Positions 25,872 to 40,295 are shown, counted from the stretch's first letter. The stretch: 64,000 nt of DNA from Eledone cirrhosa (GCA_964016885.1 OZ024754.1:42222001-42286000), one strand, 5' to 3'. The notes: a model not told the origin generated them from the sequence alone. Numbers and translations are program-made.

Positions 25872-26050
25872 GGTAAATAGAAATAACAACACAATCGGTA
25901 CAGTATATATGAAAGGGATATATTAGGTTAACGCTTGATATAGCAGGAAGAGGGTCTTAACATTTCGGACGCTACTCCTTCATCAGAAGAAAGAATGGGA
26001 AATAAGGTAGATTGAAGGGACGGGCGGGTTTGGAATTGGAAAAAATGTCT
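25866..26050 (-). mobile_element. Penelope-like terminal fragment carrying a hammerhead motif
   Basis: Homologous to 57262-57422; both sit between dinucleotide microsatellites. Confidence 0.7.
25955..25990 (-). ncRNA. Minimal hammerhead ribozyme motif (decayed stem III)
   Basis: Minus strand TCTT-CTGATGA-a-GGAgtagcgTCC-GAAATGTT^AAGA. Confidence 0.6.
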
Positions 26051-26649
26051 TTATACACACACACACACACACACACACACTAGTCTTTTAATAACAACTT
26101 TAAATCAAAAGCATTGTTTGCTCAAAACATAAAAACTACACCAATTTTATTTTAGCTGTGTTAGCAAACCTGTCCAACCCATGCCAATATGGGACACATA
26201 CATATATTAATTGATAAGAACAGCTAAAGTGGTTTTCTAATGAAATCTACATCACCAAACACTGTTAAAATCTACTTTCACTATCACTATATAAACATGG
26301 AGAAAAGCAACACCACTAACAACAACAGCAGCAGCAGCACTAAGCCGAGACTGCTTCTGTCTGTATTTTTATTTGACCAGCTCAGTATAGCAACAGACTA
26401 CCCCCCCTCTACCTTAAAAATGGGGGGGGGGGGGACTGCTATATTTTCAGTCAGCATGGTCATAATAATAATAAATTAGTCAGCAGTCATCTAAATATAT
26501 TTAAGATAACAGCAACAGAGTTTCTACAACATGTCAAGTATTCTCCGATACACATGTCATATCCGGGAGGAACGTGGTCACATTGCTTTAGCTTCAATAT
26601 TTTCATTGGTTTAACTCTTCGGGTCACTATTGACTAGGCTATTGACAAC

Positions 26650-26900
26650 AGAGTATCTGTGTGGTTTCTTGGCTTGCTAGAAATAGCAGCCAAATCTCTT
26701 TCGAATGACATCCATGGGATATTCAACACTAACAACGGAATATGTGTGGCTGTTTGACTTGCTAGAAATAGCAGCCAAATCTCCTTCAAATGACACTTCA
26801 TGGGATACTCTACAAAACTATCAGCAATGCCAAAAACAGAGTATCTATGTGGTTGTTTGGCTTGCTAGAAACAGCAGCCAAATCTCCTTCAAATGACATC
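26650..26900. repeat. Three tandem copies of gtgtggttgtttggcttgctagaaatagcagccaaatctccttcaaatgaca
   Basis: Seen directly; probably TE-derived. Confidence 0.75.
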
Positions 26901-27199
26901 CAACCACCTTAAAAATGAAAGGCCACATTGGTTAAAGTAATCGTAGATACGGTGTCTGGAAAGAGAAAAAAAGACTGGAACTGACCTGGGGTTAAATAAC
27001 AGTTAAGATTACATGTGTAACATGCCAATATGTAATGTGCTACATGCGTAATGTGCAACATGTGTACTGTGCTACATGTGTACTCATCCATTGACATTTT
27101 TAAACACCATAACAAAAGCAACACAAAAAACTATTGATATTAACTATGCCACAACAACAACAACACTCTACCAATACTACCACCACCACTACAACTCTC

Positions 27200-28435
27200 C
27201 CATCTATAACACCACCACTACAACACTCCTATCTATAACACCACCACCACAACACTCCTATCTATAACACCACCACTACAACACTACAACACTCCCATCT
27301 ATAACACCACCACTACAACACTCCCATCTATAACACCACCACTACAACACTCCTATCTATAACACCACCACTACAACACTCCCATCTATAACACCACCAC
27401 CACTACAACACTCCCATCTATAACACCACCACTACAACACTCCCATCTATAACACCACCACTACAACACTCCTATCTATAACACCACCACTACAACACTC
27501 CCATCTATAACACCACCACTACAACACTCCTATCTATAACACCACCACTACAACATTCCTATCTATACCACCATAACAACACTCCCATCTATAACACCAC
27601 CACTACAACACTCCTATCTATAACACCACCACTACAACACTCCTATCTATAACACCACCACCACAACACTCCTATCTATAACACCACCACTACAACACTA
27701 CAATACTCCCATCTATAACACCACGACTACAACACTCCCATCTATAACACCACCACTACAACACTCCTATCTATAACACCACCACTACAACACTCCCATC
27801 TATAACACCCCCACTACAACACTCCTGTCTATAATACCCCCACTACAACAGTCCCATCTATAACACCACCACTACAACACTCCTGTCTATAACACCCCCA
27901 CTACAACACTCCTATCTATAACACCACCACCACAACACTCCTATCTATAACACCATCACTACAACACTCCTATCTATAACACCACCACTACAACACTCCT
28001 ATCTATAACACCCCCACTACAACACTCCCATCTATAACACCCCCACTACAACACTCCCATCTATAACACCCCCACTACAACACTCCTATCTATAACACCC
28101 CCACTACAACAGTCCCATCTATAACACCACCACTACAACACTCCTGTCTATAACACCCCCACTATAACACCACCACTACAACACTCCTATCTATAACACC
28201 CCCACTACAACAGTCCCATCTATAACACCACCACTACAACACTCCTGTCTATAACACCCCCACTACAACACTCCTATCTATAACACCACCACTACAACAC
28301 TCCTATCTATAACACCACCACTACAACACTCCCACTACAACACTCCCATCTATAACACCCCTACTACAACAGTCCCATCTATAACACCACCACTACAACA
28401 CTCCTGTCTATAACACCCCCACTACAACACTCCTG
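27200..28435. repeat. 29-bp minisatellite (ctataacaccaccactacaacactcccat), about 40 copies
   Basis: Seen directly. Confidence 0.95.
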
Positions 28436-28469
28436 GTATAGGTAGTGTCAGTCACCATTCTTTATGGTA

Positions 28470-28625
28470 TAGTTACAGCTCTTTTGTTTTGAGTTCAAAT
28501 CCCACCAAGGTTAGCTTTTCATTTCACCATTACAAGGGGTCGATTAAAAAGAAAAGTACCAGTAATGCACTGGGGTAGATTTAATCAACCCCCCCCCCTC
28601 CCCCTACAGAAAACGTTGTTATAAA
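28470..28625 (+). mobile_element. SINE family 2 fragment
   Basis: gagttcaaatcccaccaaggttagcttttcatttcacc...ggggtcgattaaaaagaaaagtaccagt. Confidence 0.65.
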
Positions 28626-29315
28626 ACAACTTTAAAGAGTTTAGGTATTATAGGTTATATTGAAGATGTTGTTTCAATTCCTGGTTATCTCACCTTACAT
28701 GATTCACTGTGTGTGTGTGTGTGTGTCTGTGTGTGTGTGACTGTGTTCCAGTGTGTGTGTGCCTGTGTGTGTGTCATTTGGGTGTGGAACCTTATGAATA
28801 TCAAGAATAGCTAGAATTATGTTTTACTTGGGAAGACATCTAATTATAGTGGAATGATTTATCAAGGTTTGGTATTAGGATCGGCCATTCCAGAACTCTA
28901 CACCTGACAGGTAAACTACTACTACTACTAGTGGTGGTGGTGGTGGTAGTAACAGTAGCAATATTACTACTACCACCTCACAGGTAACCTGCTAGTAGCA
29001 GCAGCAGTAGTAGTAGTATTACTACTAACACTCACCACATATAAATATTACTAACTACTATTCCCATAACTCACACCTCCATAGCTGTGAAGACATAAGA
29101 AGGTGTGAATGTTAAAATTTGGATGTCGTTTACTTTGTTGATTAAACATTCCAGGTGTGGGTAGTACTTAAACCTTCACCTGAAAACCAGTTTGCCAATT
29201 TTGTAAACCACTCCGTTTAATTTAGGCTTTTTATTATACATGCCATTGTTTGTAGACATGCTCGGGCACCGCCACCAGATATTGTTTGAAAAACTGGTGT
29301 TACCTAATTGCACAA

Positions 29316-29361
<46 letters not shown>

Positions 29362-29447
29362 CAATGTCTGTAGGTGTGAAAATAAAAATGGAAAACAGTC
29401 CTCGATCAGGAAGATAGCAGAAAAATATTTTATTATTTAATGTTCAT

Positions 29448-30713
29448 ATTGAGCCGTTTAAGACAGTGCTCCAGTATGGCCAGAGTCTAATGGTTCCTGC
29501 CAAAGACTGTTGAGCCGTTTAAGACAGTGCTCCAGTGTGGCCAGAGTCTAATGGTTCCTGCCAAAGACTATTGAGCCGTTTAAGACAGTGCTCCAGTATG
29601 GCCAGAGTCTAATGGTTCCTGCCAACGACTGTTGAGCCGTTTAAGACAGTGCCCCAGTATGGCCAGAGTCTAATGGTTCCTGCCAAAGACTATTGAGCCG
29701 TTTAAGACAGTGCTCCAGTATGGCCAGAGTCTAATGGTTCCTGCCAAAGACTGTTGAGCCATTTAAGACAATGCCCCAGTATGGCCAGAGTCTAATGGTT
29801 CCTGCCAAAGACTATTGAGCCGTTTAAGACAGTGCTTCAGTATGGCCAGAGTCTAATGGTTCCTGCCAAAGACTGTTGAGCCATTTAAGACAGTGCCCCA
29901 GTATGGCCAGAGTCTAATGGTTCCTGCCAAAGACTATTGAGCCGTTTAAGACAGTGCTCCAGTATGGCCAGAGTCTAATGGTTCCTCACAAAGACTATTG
30001 AGCCGTTTAAGACAGTGCTCCAGTATGGCCAGAGTCTAATGGTTCCTCACAAAGACTATTGAGCCGTTTAAGACAATGCCCCAGTATGGCCAGAGTCTAA
30101 TGGTTCCTGCCAAAGACTGTTGAGCCGTTTAAGACAGTGCTCCAGTATGGCCAGAGTCTAATGGTTCCTGCCAACAACTGTTGAGCCGTTTAAGACAGTG
30201 CCCCAGTATGGCCAGAGTCTAATGGTTCCTGCCAAAGACTGTTGAGCCGTTTAAGACAGTGCTCCAGTATGGCCAGAGTCTAATGGTTCCTGCCAAAGAC
30301 TGTTGAGCCATTTAAGACAGTGCTCCAGTATGGCCAGAGTCTAATGGTTCCTGCCAAAGACTGTTGAGCCGTTTAAGACAGTGCTCCAGTATGGCCAGAG
30401 TCTAATGGTTCCTCACAAAGACTATTGAGCCGTTTAAGACAGTGCCCCAGTATGGCCAGAGTCTAATGGTTCCTGCCAACGACTGTTGAGCCGTTTAAGA
30501 CAGTGCTCCAGTATGGCCAGAGTCTAATGGTTCCTGCCAACGACTGTTGAGCCATTTAAGACAGTGCTCCAGTATGGCCAGAGTCTAATGGTTCCTGCCA
30601 AAGACTGTTGAGCCGTTTAATACAGTGCTCCAGTATGGCCAGAGTCTAATGGTTCCTGCCAAAGACTGTTGAGCCGTTTAAGACAGTGCTCCAGTATGGC
30701 CAGAGTCTAATGG
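29448..30713. repeat. 60-bp minisatellite (ttgagccgtttaagacagtgctccagtatggccagagtctaatggttcctgccaaagactg), about 21 copies
   Basis: Tandem copies; the core matches the dispersed motif ggcagtgctccagcatggccacagt at ~2321 and ~18609. Confidence 0.95.
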
Positions 30714-31598
30714 CTAACACTTTGCCAATACTGTCAAAGTTTTGCTTCCCTTCCAAAGATTATTGATGACCATTATTATTGTAGGCACCCATGAAATAAA
30801 TAATATAACTCCATGTTATAAAACTGTTTCTACAGGACAGTTGGCTGTTGTCTCTCTTCACATTAGATTAGTATCTGAGAGTTGCTGGCAGGAGGTGAAG
30901 GATTTTCAGTAATTCTATTAGATGAATATTTTACCAAAAAATCAATATTCCAACATTAACACATTCTTTATATCCTCATGGATATATTGGGGCCAAGAAT
31001 CATCTGTTATAGTGAACTTTTAGCATATTTATTTTTATAATACTTGATGGCCATCAACTTCTGGTGAACATCAAACATAGAATGTCTGTCTGCTTTTATA
31101 TTCTGTATGTGTGTGTTTATCTTCTGTCTGTGTATATATGTGTATGTGTGTGTGTGTCTTCTCTGTGTCTGTCTGTGTGTCTTCTTCTATGTGTGTGTGT
31201 GTCTTTATCTTTTGTGTATGTATGTGTGTTTGTCTTCTTTTTCGTGTGTGTGTGTGTATATAACTTAATTTTCTTGTTATTTATTTATGAATGTATGTTA
31301 AAATGAAAAGTAAAACAAATAAGATATCCAGTAGTTTCCTTTTGGTTAAAATATAAAAAAGAAACCAAATGACATCGAAAGATATGTAATTAAGTCAAAT
31401 ATCAAGATGTAGATATCCAAATACTTTTCTAAACTCAATTTTAACAAACAAAATAGAAGGATTTTTTTTTTATATTTTCATTTCTAGAGAGCTCTTCTTC
31501 CTAGATTGACAACCATGTAAGACAAACCGAAGCTGGCTATCAATTATGTTATTTGTTATTGGAATTTTTTCTGTTCTTATCAAGATGAATTTAGAAGT

Positions 31599-32013
31599 TT
31601 AACCCTTCTGGTACCAAACCATATGAAAATGTCCCTTTGTTAAGATATGTTCCAAACACCCCTGGTTCTATGACATAAGACTGTTTTATATGAGAACCTT
31701 TGTTAAGTTATGTTCCAAACACCCCTGGTTCTATGACCTGTAAGAACCTTTGTTAAGTTATGTTCCAAACGCCCCTGGTTCTATGACATAATACTGTTTT
31801 AAAGTGTTTATATTTATCTAAAATCCTTCCATTGTAATTCTATTTAAGAAGTTTTATTAAGTAATGATTCAAACAGCAGCTAATGATAGGAAAGTTAGTT
31901 GTTTTACCAAATGTTTCATTATTTTAAAAATTATTTTAAAATTGTTGGCAGTGTTTTTCATTAAAAATATGGCAACTAGTAACTCCTGGTGGTGATGGTA
32001 ATAGAAGGGTTAA
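31599..32013. mobile_element. piggyBac-type MITE family B
   Basis: TTAA-CCCTTCT ... AGAAGGG-TTAA terminal inverted repeats. Confidence 0.7.
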
Positions 32014-32469
32014 CCCACAATAGTAATGCTAGTAGTGGTAATAGAAGGGTTAACCCACAATAGTAATGTTAGTAGTGGTAATAGAAGGGTTAACCCACAA
32101 TAGTAATGCTAGTAGTGGTAATAGAAGGGTTAACCCACAATAGTAATGTTAGTAGTGGTAATAGAAGGGTTAACCCACAATAGTAATGTTAGTAGTGGTA
32201 ATAGAAGGGTTAAACTACAATAGTAATGTTAATAGTGGTAATAGAAGGGTTAACCCACAATAGTAATGTTAGTAGTGGTAATAGAAGGGTTAAACTACAA
32301 TAGTAATGTTAGTAGTGGTAATAGAAGGGTTAACCCACAATAGTAATGTTAGTAGTGGAAATAGAAGGGTTAACCCACAATAGTAATGTTAGTAGTGGTA
32401 ATAGAAGGGTTAAACCACAATAGTAATGCTAGTAGTGGTAATAGAAGGGTTAACCCACAATAGTAATGC
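31996..32469. repeat. 40-bp minisatellite spanning the MITE right TIR, TTAA site and flank, about 12 copies
   Basis: tggtaatagaagggttaacccacaatagtaatgttagtag repeated. Confidence 0.93.
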
Positions 32470-32607
32470 GAGTGATGCAATAGTAATAGAAGTTTGGTAA
32501 GCTGGTAGAATTGGTTCAGGTAGAAGGTTACCTGTCAAATGAGATTTCCTACTTCTGTGTTCTAAATCCATCAGCAATGATGTGAGGCAGTAATAACTGC
32601 TTGAGAC

Positions 32608-32830
32608 AAACCAGCCATTTACCATACCATACCAGCCATTCACCATACCATACCAAACCAGCCATTCACCATACCATACCAAACCAGCCATTCACCATAC
32701 CATACCAACCCAGTCATTCACCATACCAAACCAGCCACTCACCATACCAAACCAGCCACTCACCATACCAAACCAACCACTCACCATACCAAACCAGCCA
32801 CTCACCATACCAAACCAGCCACTCACCATA
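32608..32830. repeat. 21-26 bp repeat (accagccactcaccataccaa)
   Basis: Seen directly. Confidence 0.9.
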
Positions 32831-33314
32831 GCATGAGGATATAAACAGATTATCTGAACAGAAATCAGTGATAGAAGTCAGTGAGTCAGTTGGTCTTGTA
32901 GAGTTTTTAGTTATTTCCTTTTCCATTCTTTTCTGCCAGCTTTTTACAGATCAGTTTACTTGAACTGTCAGTTATTAAGGCAGAAAAGTTCAGGAGTTGG
33001 ATTAAATACCTCAGTATTTTTTACAGATCACTACATTCTTAGTACAAATCCCATCGAGGTCAACTTCACCTTTTCTTCTTTCAGTGTCAATAAAAATAAA
33101 ATAAGATAAGATAAAATAAAATAAAACCTAGCTCAAGGGATGGTGGATAGCAGAAATTGTTAATGTTCTGTTCAATATCTGGTCCAGTTTTCTATATTCT
33201 CTGTTTTAATTCCATGTCCTTCTGCTAGGAGTTATGACCAACAGATAGCATTAATAATGGAAACATTGTTTCATTGGTCCGATCTAATGATTAACCCCTT
33301 GCCTTTGTTAAAAT

Positions 33315-33745
33315 TGGGTTAAGTTAAATTGTGTTGTGTTACTTTATGGTAAGACTGGGTTAAGTTAAATTGTGTTGTGTTACTTTATGGTAAGACTGGG
33401 TTAAGTTAAATTGTGTTGTGTTACTTTATGGTAAGACTGGGTTAAGTTAAATTGTGTTGTGTTACTTTATGTTAAGACTGGGTTAAGTTAAATTGTGTTG
33501 TGTTACTTTATGTTAAGGTGGGTTAAATTAAATTGTGTTGTTACTTTATGTTAAGACTGGGTTAAGTTAAATTGTGTTGTGTTACTTTATGTTAAGACTG
33601 GGTTAAGTTAAATTGTGTTGTGTTACTTTATGTTAAGACTGAGTTAAGTTAAATTGTGTTGTGTTACTTTATGTTAAGGTGGGTTAAATTAAATTGTGTT
33701 GCCTTACTTTGTTAAGGTTGGGTTAAGTTAAATTATGTTGCCTTA
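33315..33745. repeat. 41-bp minisatellite (ttaagactgggttaagttaaattgtgttgtgttactttatg)
   Basis: About 10 tandem copies. Confidence 0.93.
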
Positions 33746-33948
33746 AATACTTTTGCTGACACTAACATCTCTTGCGCAGAGGAAAAAGAGAAAAAAACTA
33801 AATCACATTTATTTTATAGATTTTGCTTACTGATTGAATTACATAGTTTATATAATACATGGATATATATTTGTACATTGTAAGTGTGTGTGTATATATA
33901 TATATATATTTATATAATACATGGATTTATATTTGTACATTGTGTGTG

Positions 33949-34000
<52 letters not shown>

Positions 34001-34004
34001 CACA

Positions 34005-34171
34005 CAGTTTTATGTCTCTAAATATTCTTTTCTATCTCTATACAAATATACCCATACAATCTCTCTCTCTCTGTATGTATGTATATATATATATATATAT
34101 ATATACAGAGAGAGAGAGATTGTATGGGTATATTTCTATACAAATATACCCATACAATCTCTCTCTCTCTG

Positions 34172-34221
<50 letters not shown>

Positions 34222-34286
34222 GAGAGAGAGATTGTATGGGTATATTTGTATAGAGATAGAAAAGAATATTTAGAGACATAAAACTG
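34005..34286. repeat. Compound foldback/inverted repeat with (TA)n loops
   Basis: Outer ~70-bp arms are reverse complements; the inner arm pair is duplicated. Confidence 0.85.
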
Positions 34287-34882
34287 GAGATATTTGACTG
34301 ATTGCTTTTAAACCAACAACAACAGCAATAATAATAATATTAATAAAATTTTCATTTCTCCATGTAAAATATTCTATATGAAGTCCGTATTGATTCATAT
34401 TGATCTCTACCAATATTAAACATATATATATTCTGTTTTTTTAATTATTTCAAGACTATAGATTCTTCACTCTAATTTTGGAAAAACTTCTCCATTGTTC
34501 AAGAATGTTCATTGACTTTTTGGGGGTTGGGAGGGGCTGGGAGTTCGGAATGGTTTTGTTCTGCCAATGGCTGTGAATGGTTCTTCTTTCCAAGTCTCAT
34601 AATAGAGTATTGTACTCCTTTGAATAACTGACCAGGAACTTCATTCACTATAAATAATGGAATATTTAAGAAATTAAACACAACTGCTCTATATTAAAGT
34701 GAAAAGGTTAAATATGGGAATTACTACAACAGCAGCAACAACAACAAAGTAATTTAAGGCCATTTTACTTGCTAAAGTTGGAGTTAACCTTAAGGACACT
34801 ATCTAGAACTTCTCTATTTTTGCCATAACGTCTGCATTCCCTCCTGACCAACTCCTGGCTTTCATTTCATCTTCTATCATCT

Positions 34883-35105
34883 TTAACCCTTAGCATTTAA
34901 ACCGGCCATATCCGGCCAGAATTCTCTCACCTTTTTCTGTTCAAACCTGCCATAACTGGCTACTCATACTTATGTTAAGGTATTGTTCTCAAAATAGATA
35001 ATATCAAAATCTCATGGAGTTGATATTATGTGAGATAATTATGTAAGATGAAGCTTTTACCACAAAACTGCAATAGTGTATATATAGCGTAATGTAAAGG
35101 GTTAA
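34883..35105 (-). mobile_element. piggyBac-type MITE A
   Basis: TTAACCCTT...AAAGGGTTAA with family-A interior. Confidence 0.85.
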
Positions 35106-35184
35106 CCCTGTCTTTCTTGGTCCTCCTCTGCCTTCACTTCCTTCCGTCTCTCCTCTCATTCAGTCACTCTCAACATAACTACTA

Positions 35185-35375
35185 CATGCAGAATCGGTAG
35201 AGCGTCAAGCACCACGCTTTGCAGCAGAGAGTTATGGCCCTTTACATTCTGAGTTCAAATCCCGCCGAGGTTAACTTTATTTTTCATCCTTACAGGGTCG
35301 ATAAAATAAAATACCAGTAATACACTGGGATAATTGCTGGCCTTGTGCCAAAAGTAGAAAGAATTATTTCAATTA
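35185..35375 (+). mobile_element. tRNA-derived SINE family 2 (Meta-domain-like)
   Basis: gcagaatcggtagagcg head, gagttcaaatcc B box, gccgaggttaactttatttttcatccttacagggtcgataaaataaaataccag; domain name is inference. Confidence 0.75.
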
Positions 35376-35397
35376 ATGATTTTTGTCATTTTCTTAC

Positions 35398-35446
<49 letters not shown>

Positions 35447-35552
35447 GTATGTATGTATGTTTATTATATATATATATTTATATCTGGCGATCTCTCTGCA
35501 CTTGTCGTCACCCGGTACCATGGGCCCAGCACTGTGTCAGTAATTGTCACAA

Positions 35553-35554
35553 TA

Positions 35555-35595
<41 letters not shown>

Positions 35596-35632
35596 GTATG
35601 TATGTATATGTATGTATGTATGTATATATATG

Positions 35633-35665
<33 letters not shown>

Positions 35666-36082
35666 GTGTGTATATATATGTGTGTATATATGTATATGTA
35701 TATATATGTATGTATATATATGTATATGTATATATATGTATGTATGTATATGTATATATATGTATGTATATATATATGTATATATGTGTATATATATGGA
35801 TATATATATGTATATATATATATATGTATATATATGGATATATATATATATGTATATATATATGTATATATATGTGTATATATATGTGTATATATATATG
35901 TATATATATATATATATATGTATATGTATATATATATATGTGTATATATATGTGTATATATATATGTATATATATATATGTGTATATATATATGTATATA
36001 TATATGTATATATGTATATATATGTATATATATGTATATATATATGTAGATATATATATGTATATATATATGTATATATATG

Positions 36083-36127
<45 letters not shown>

Positions 36128-36398
36128 ATATATATATATATGTATGTATATGTGTATATATGTATATATATGTATATATATATATATATATGTATATGTA
36201 TGTATATGTGTATATATGTATATATATATATATGTATATATATGTATATATATATATATGTATATATATGTATATATATATATATGTATATATATGTATA
36301 TATATATATATGTATATATATGTATATATATATATATGTATATATATGTATATATATATATATGTATATATATGTATATATATGTATATATATATATG

Positions 36399-36430
<32 letters not shown>

Positions 36431-36516
36431 CATATATATATACATATATATATATGTGTATATATATATGTGTATATATATATGTGTGTATATATATATA
36501 TATATGTATATATATG

Positions 36517-36560
<44 letters not shown>

Positions 36561-36620
36561 CATATATATATATGTGTATATATATATGTGTGTATATATA
36601 TATATATATGTATATATATG

Positions 36621-36664
<44 letters not shown>

Positions 36665-36737
36665 CATATATATATATGTGTATATATATATGTGTGTATA
36701 TATATATATATATGTATATATATGTGTGTGTATATAT

Positions 36738-36769
<32 letters not shown>

Positions 36770-36782
36770 GTATATATATATG

Positions 36783-36836
<54 letters not shown>

Positions 36837-36854
36837 TGTATGTATATATATATG

Positions 36855-36888
<34 letters not shown>

Positions 36889-36890
36889 TG

Positions 36891-36924
<34 letters not shown>

Positions 36925-36946
36925 TATATGTATGTATATATATATG

Positions 36947-36977
<31 letters not shown>

Positions 36978-37090
36978 GTATATATATATATATATATGTG
37001 TATATATATATATATGTGTATATATATATATATATGTATGTATATATATATATATATATGTGTATATATATATATGTATGTATATATATG

Positions 37091-37127
<37 letters not shown>

Positions 37128-37844
37128 GTATATATATATATGTATATATATGTATATATATATATGTATATATATGTATATATATATATGTATATGTATA
37201 TATATGTATATATATGTATAGGTATATATGTATATGTATATATATGTATAGGTATATATAGGTATATATAGGTATATATGTATATGTATATATATGTATA
37301 GGTATATATAGGTATATATGTGTATATATATATGTATATGTATATATAGGTATATATAGGTATATATGTGTATATATATATATGTGTATATATATATGTA
37401 TATATATATATATGTATATATATATATGTGTATATATGATGATGTGTATATATGATGATGATGATGATATATATATGTGTATATATATATGTATATATAT
37501 ATATATGTGTATATATATGTGTATATATATATGTATATATATATGTGTATATATATATGTATATATATATATATGTATGTATATATATATATGTATATAT
37601 ATATATGTATATATATATACGTATATATATATATGTGTGTATATATATGTGTATATATATGTGTATATATTTGTGTATATATATATGTGTATATATATAT
37701 GTGTATATATATATGTATATGTATATATATATGTATATATATAAGTGTATATATATATGTATATATATGTGTATATATATATGTATATATATATGTATAT
37801 ATATATGTATATATGTATATATAGGTATATATATGTATATGTGT

Positions 37845-37878
<34 letters not shown>

Positions 37879-38186
37879 GTATATATATGTATATATATAT
37901 ATATGTATATGTATATATATATGTATATATATATATATGTATATGTATATATATATGTATATATATATATATGTATATATATATGTATATATATATATAT
38001 GTATATGTATATATATATATATGTATATGTATATATATATGTATATGTATATATATATGTATATGTATATATATATGTATATGTATATGTATATATATAT
38101 GTATATGTATATATATATATGTATATGTACATGTGTATGTATATATATATATGTATATATATGTATATATATGTATATATATATAT
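35553..38186. repeat. ~2.6-kb degenerate (TA)n/(TATG)n microsatellite
   Basis: Seen directly. Confidence 0.97.
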
Positions 38187-38550
38187 ACACACACCACTAT
38201 ATACACACCACAATTGTAGTGTAGGGGTGTGGGTTAGTGTGAGAAGATTGGATTCACAATCGTGAGGTTGTGAGTTTCATTCCCCGATCAGGTGATGTGT
38301 TGTGTCCTTCATGGTGGTGGTGGTGTGGTAGTAATATGGTGGTATAATGGTGCTCCAGACTGGCCAGGTACCATGTTGTCTAGGTAGAGTAGTGCCCCAG
38401 ACTGGCCAGTCACTCCAATTAACACCAACCTAAACTGTGTCTGCTGAAGACAAGTGAAAATATTTTAAGTTTTATTAACTTGATTTACAGAAGAGAGAAA
38501 TAGAGAGAAACCATTACCTGGCCAGCTGTGTCTACAGTATATGTATATAG

Positions 38551-39790
38551 GTAGTAGTAGTAGTGGTGGTGGTGGTAGTGGTAGTATTGGTGGTGGTGGT
38601 GGTGGTGGTGGTGGTGTTGGTAGTGGTATTAGAGGTGGTGATGGTGGTAGTGGTAGTATTAGAGGTGGTGGTGGTGGTGGTGGTATTGGTGGTGGTAGTA
38701 TTAGAGGTGGTGGTAGTATTAGAGGTGGTGGTGGTGGTAGTATTAGAGGTGGTGGTGGTGGTAGTATTAGAGGTGGTGGTGGTGGTAGTATTAGAGGTGG
38801 TGGTGGTGGTAGTATTAGAGGTGGTGATGGTGGTGGTGGTAGTATTAGAGGTGGTGGTGGTGGTAGTATTAGAGGTGGTGGTGGTGGTAGTATTAGAGGT
38901 GGTGGTGGTGGTAGTATTAGAGGTGGTGGTGGTGGTAGTATTTGAGGTGGTGGTGGTGGTAGTATTAGAGGTGGTGGTGGTGGTAGTATTAGAGGTGGTG
39001 GTGGTGGTAGTATTAGAGGTGGTGGTGGTGGTAGTATTAGAGGTGGTGATGGTGGTGGTGGTAGTATTAGAGGTGGTGGTGGTGGTAGTATTAGAGGTGG
39101 TGGTGGTGGTAGTATTAGAGGTGGTGGTGGTGGTAGTATTAGAGGTGGTGATGGTGGTGGTGGTAGTATTAGAGGTGGTGGTGGTGGTAGTATTAGAGGT
39201 GGTGGTGGTGGTAGTATTTGAGGTGGTGGTGGTGGTAGTATTAGAGGTGGTGGTGGTGGTAGTATTAGAGGTGGTGGTGGTGGTAGTATTAGAGGTGGTG
39301 GTGGTGGTAGTATTAGAGGTGGTGATGGTGGTGGTGGTAGTATTAGAGGTGGTGGTGGTGGTAGTATTAGAGGTGGTGGTGGTGGTAGTATTAGAGGTGG
39401 TGGTGGTGGTAGTATTTGAGGTGGTGGTGGTGGTAGTATTAGAGGTGGTGGTGGTGGTAGTATTAGAGGTGGTGGTGGTGGTAGTATTAGAGGTGGTGGT
39501 GGTGGTAGTATTAGAGGTGGTGATGGTGGTGGTGGTAGTATTAGAGGTGGTGGTGGTGGTGGTAGTATTAGAGGGGGTGATGGTGGTGGTGGTAGTATTA
39601 GAGGTGGTGATGGTGGTGGTGGTAGTATTAGAGGTGGTGGTGGTGGTGGTAGTATTAGAGGGGGTGATGGTGGTGGTGGTAGTATTAGAGGGGGTGATGG
39701 TGGTGGTGGTATTAGAGGGGGTGGTGGTGGTGGTAGTATTAGAGGTGGTGGAAGTATTAGAGGTGGTGATGGTGGTGGTGGTGGTGTTAG
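38551..39790. repeat. (GGT)n-based minisatellite with agtattaga spacer (~24-33 bp unit)
   Basis: Seen directly. Confidence 0.95.
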
Positions 39791-39994
39791 TTGTGGTAGT
39801 GTGTGGGGTGTCAGTAACAATAGTAGTCGTAGTAACAGTAGAAGCAGTAGTAACAGTAGTAGCAGTAGTAGTAGTCGTAACCATTACATAATACTACCAT
39901 CAGTTATCTCATTGACAACATGATTTACCATTAACATAGAACAAATGGAATGACTACAAATGTATTCTACAATAAATATTAATATTACATATAT

Positions 39995-40295
39995 ATATCT
40001 TATATCTCGCAGTCTCGATATTAACACAATATCACATATATCTTATATCTCTCTGTCTCGATATTAACACAATATCACATATATCTTATATCTCTCTGTC
40101 TCGATATTAACACAATATCACATATATCTTATATCTCTCTGTCTCGATATTAACACAATATCACATATATCTTATATGTAATATCAACTGTTCCTATCTG
40201 TCAGTCTCGATATTAACACAATATTACGTGTTATATCTAATGTAGATATCTCAAGGTCAATATTAATACAATATTACATATATCTTATATCTACT
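39995..40295. repeat. 43-bp tandem repeat (atatcttatatctctctgtctcgatattaacacaatatcacat)
   Basis: About 4 good copies plus degenerate ones. Confidence 0.85.

Noticed and set aside
29448-30713. CRISPR-like regular array
   Set aside because: Head-to-tail tandem units with no unique spacers, no cas genes, eukaryotic context; the same holds for all other arrays
35345-38265. 600-900 aa ORFs rich in Y/I/M/C/V
   Set aside because: Translations of a (TA)/(TG) microsatellite, open in most frames; the same applies to the ORFs at 8767, 14098, 20679, 41801, 56618 and 62047
38465-39891. Poly-Pro, poly-Thr and poly-Val ORFs (extensin- or mucin-like)
   Set aside because: (GGT)n-derived repeat open in three frames; no unique coding flanks or splice context
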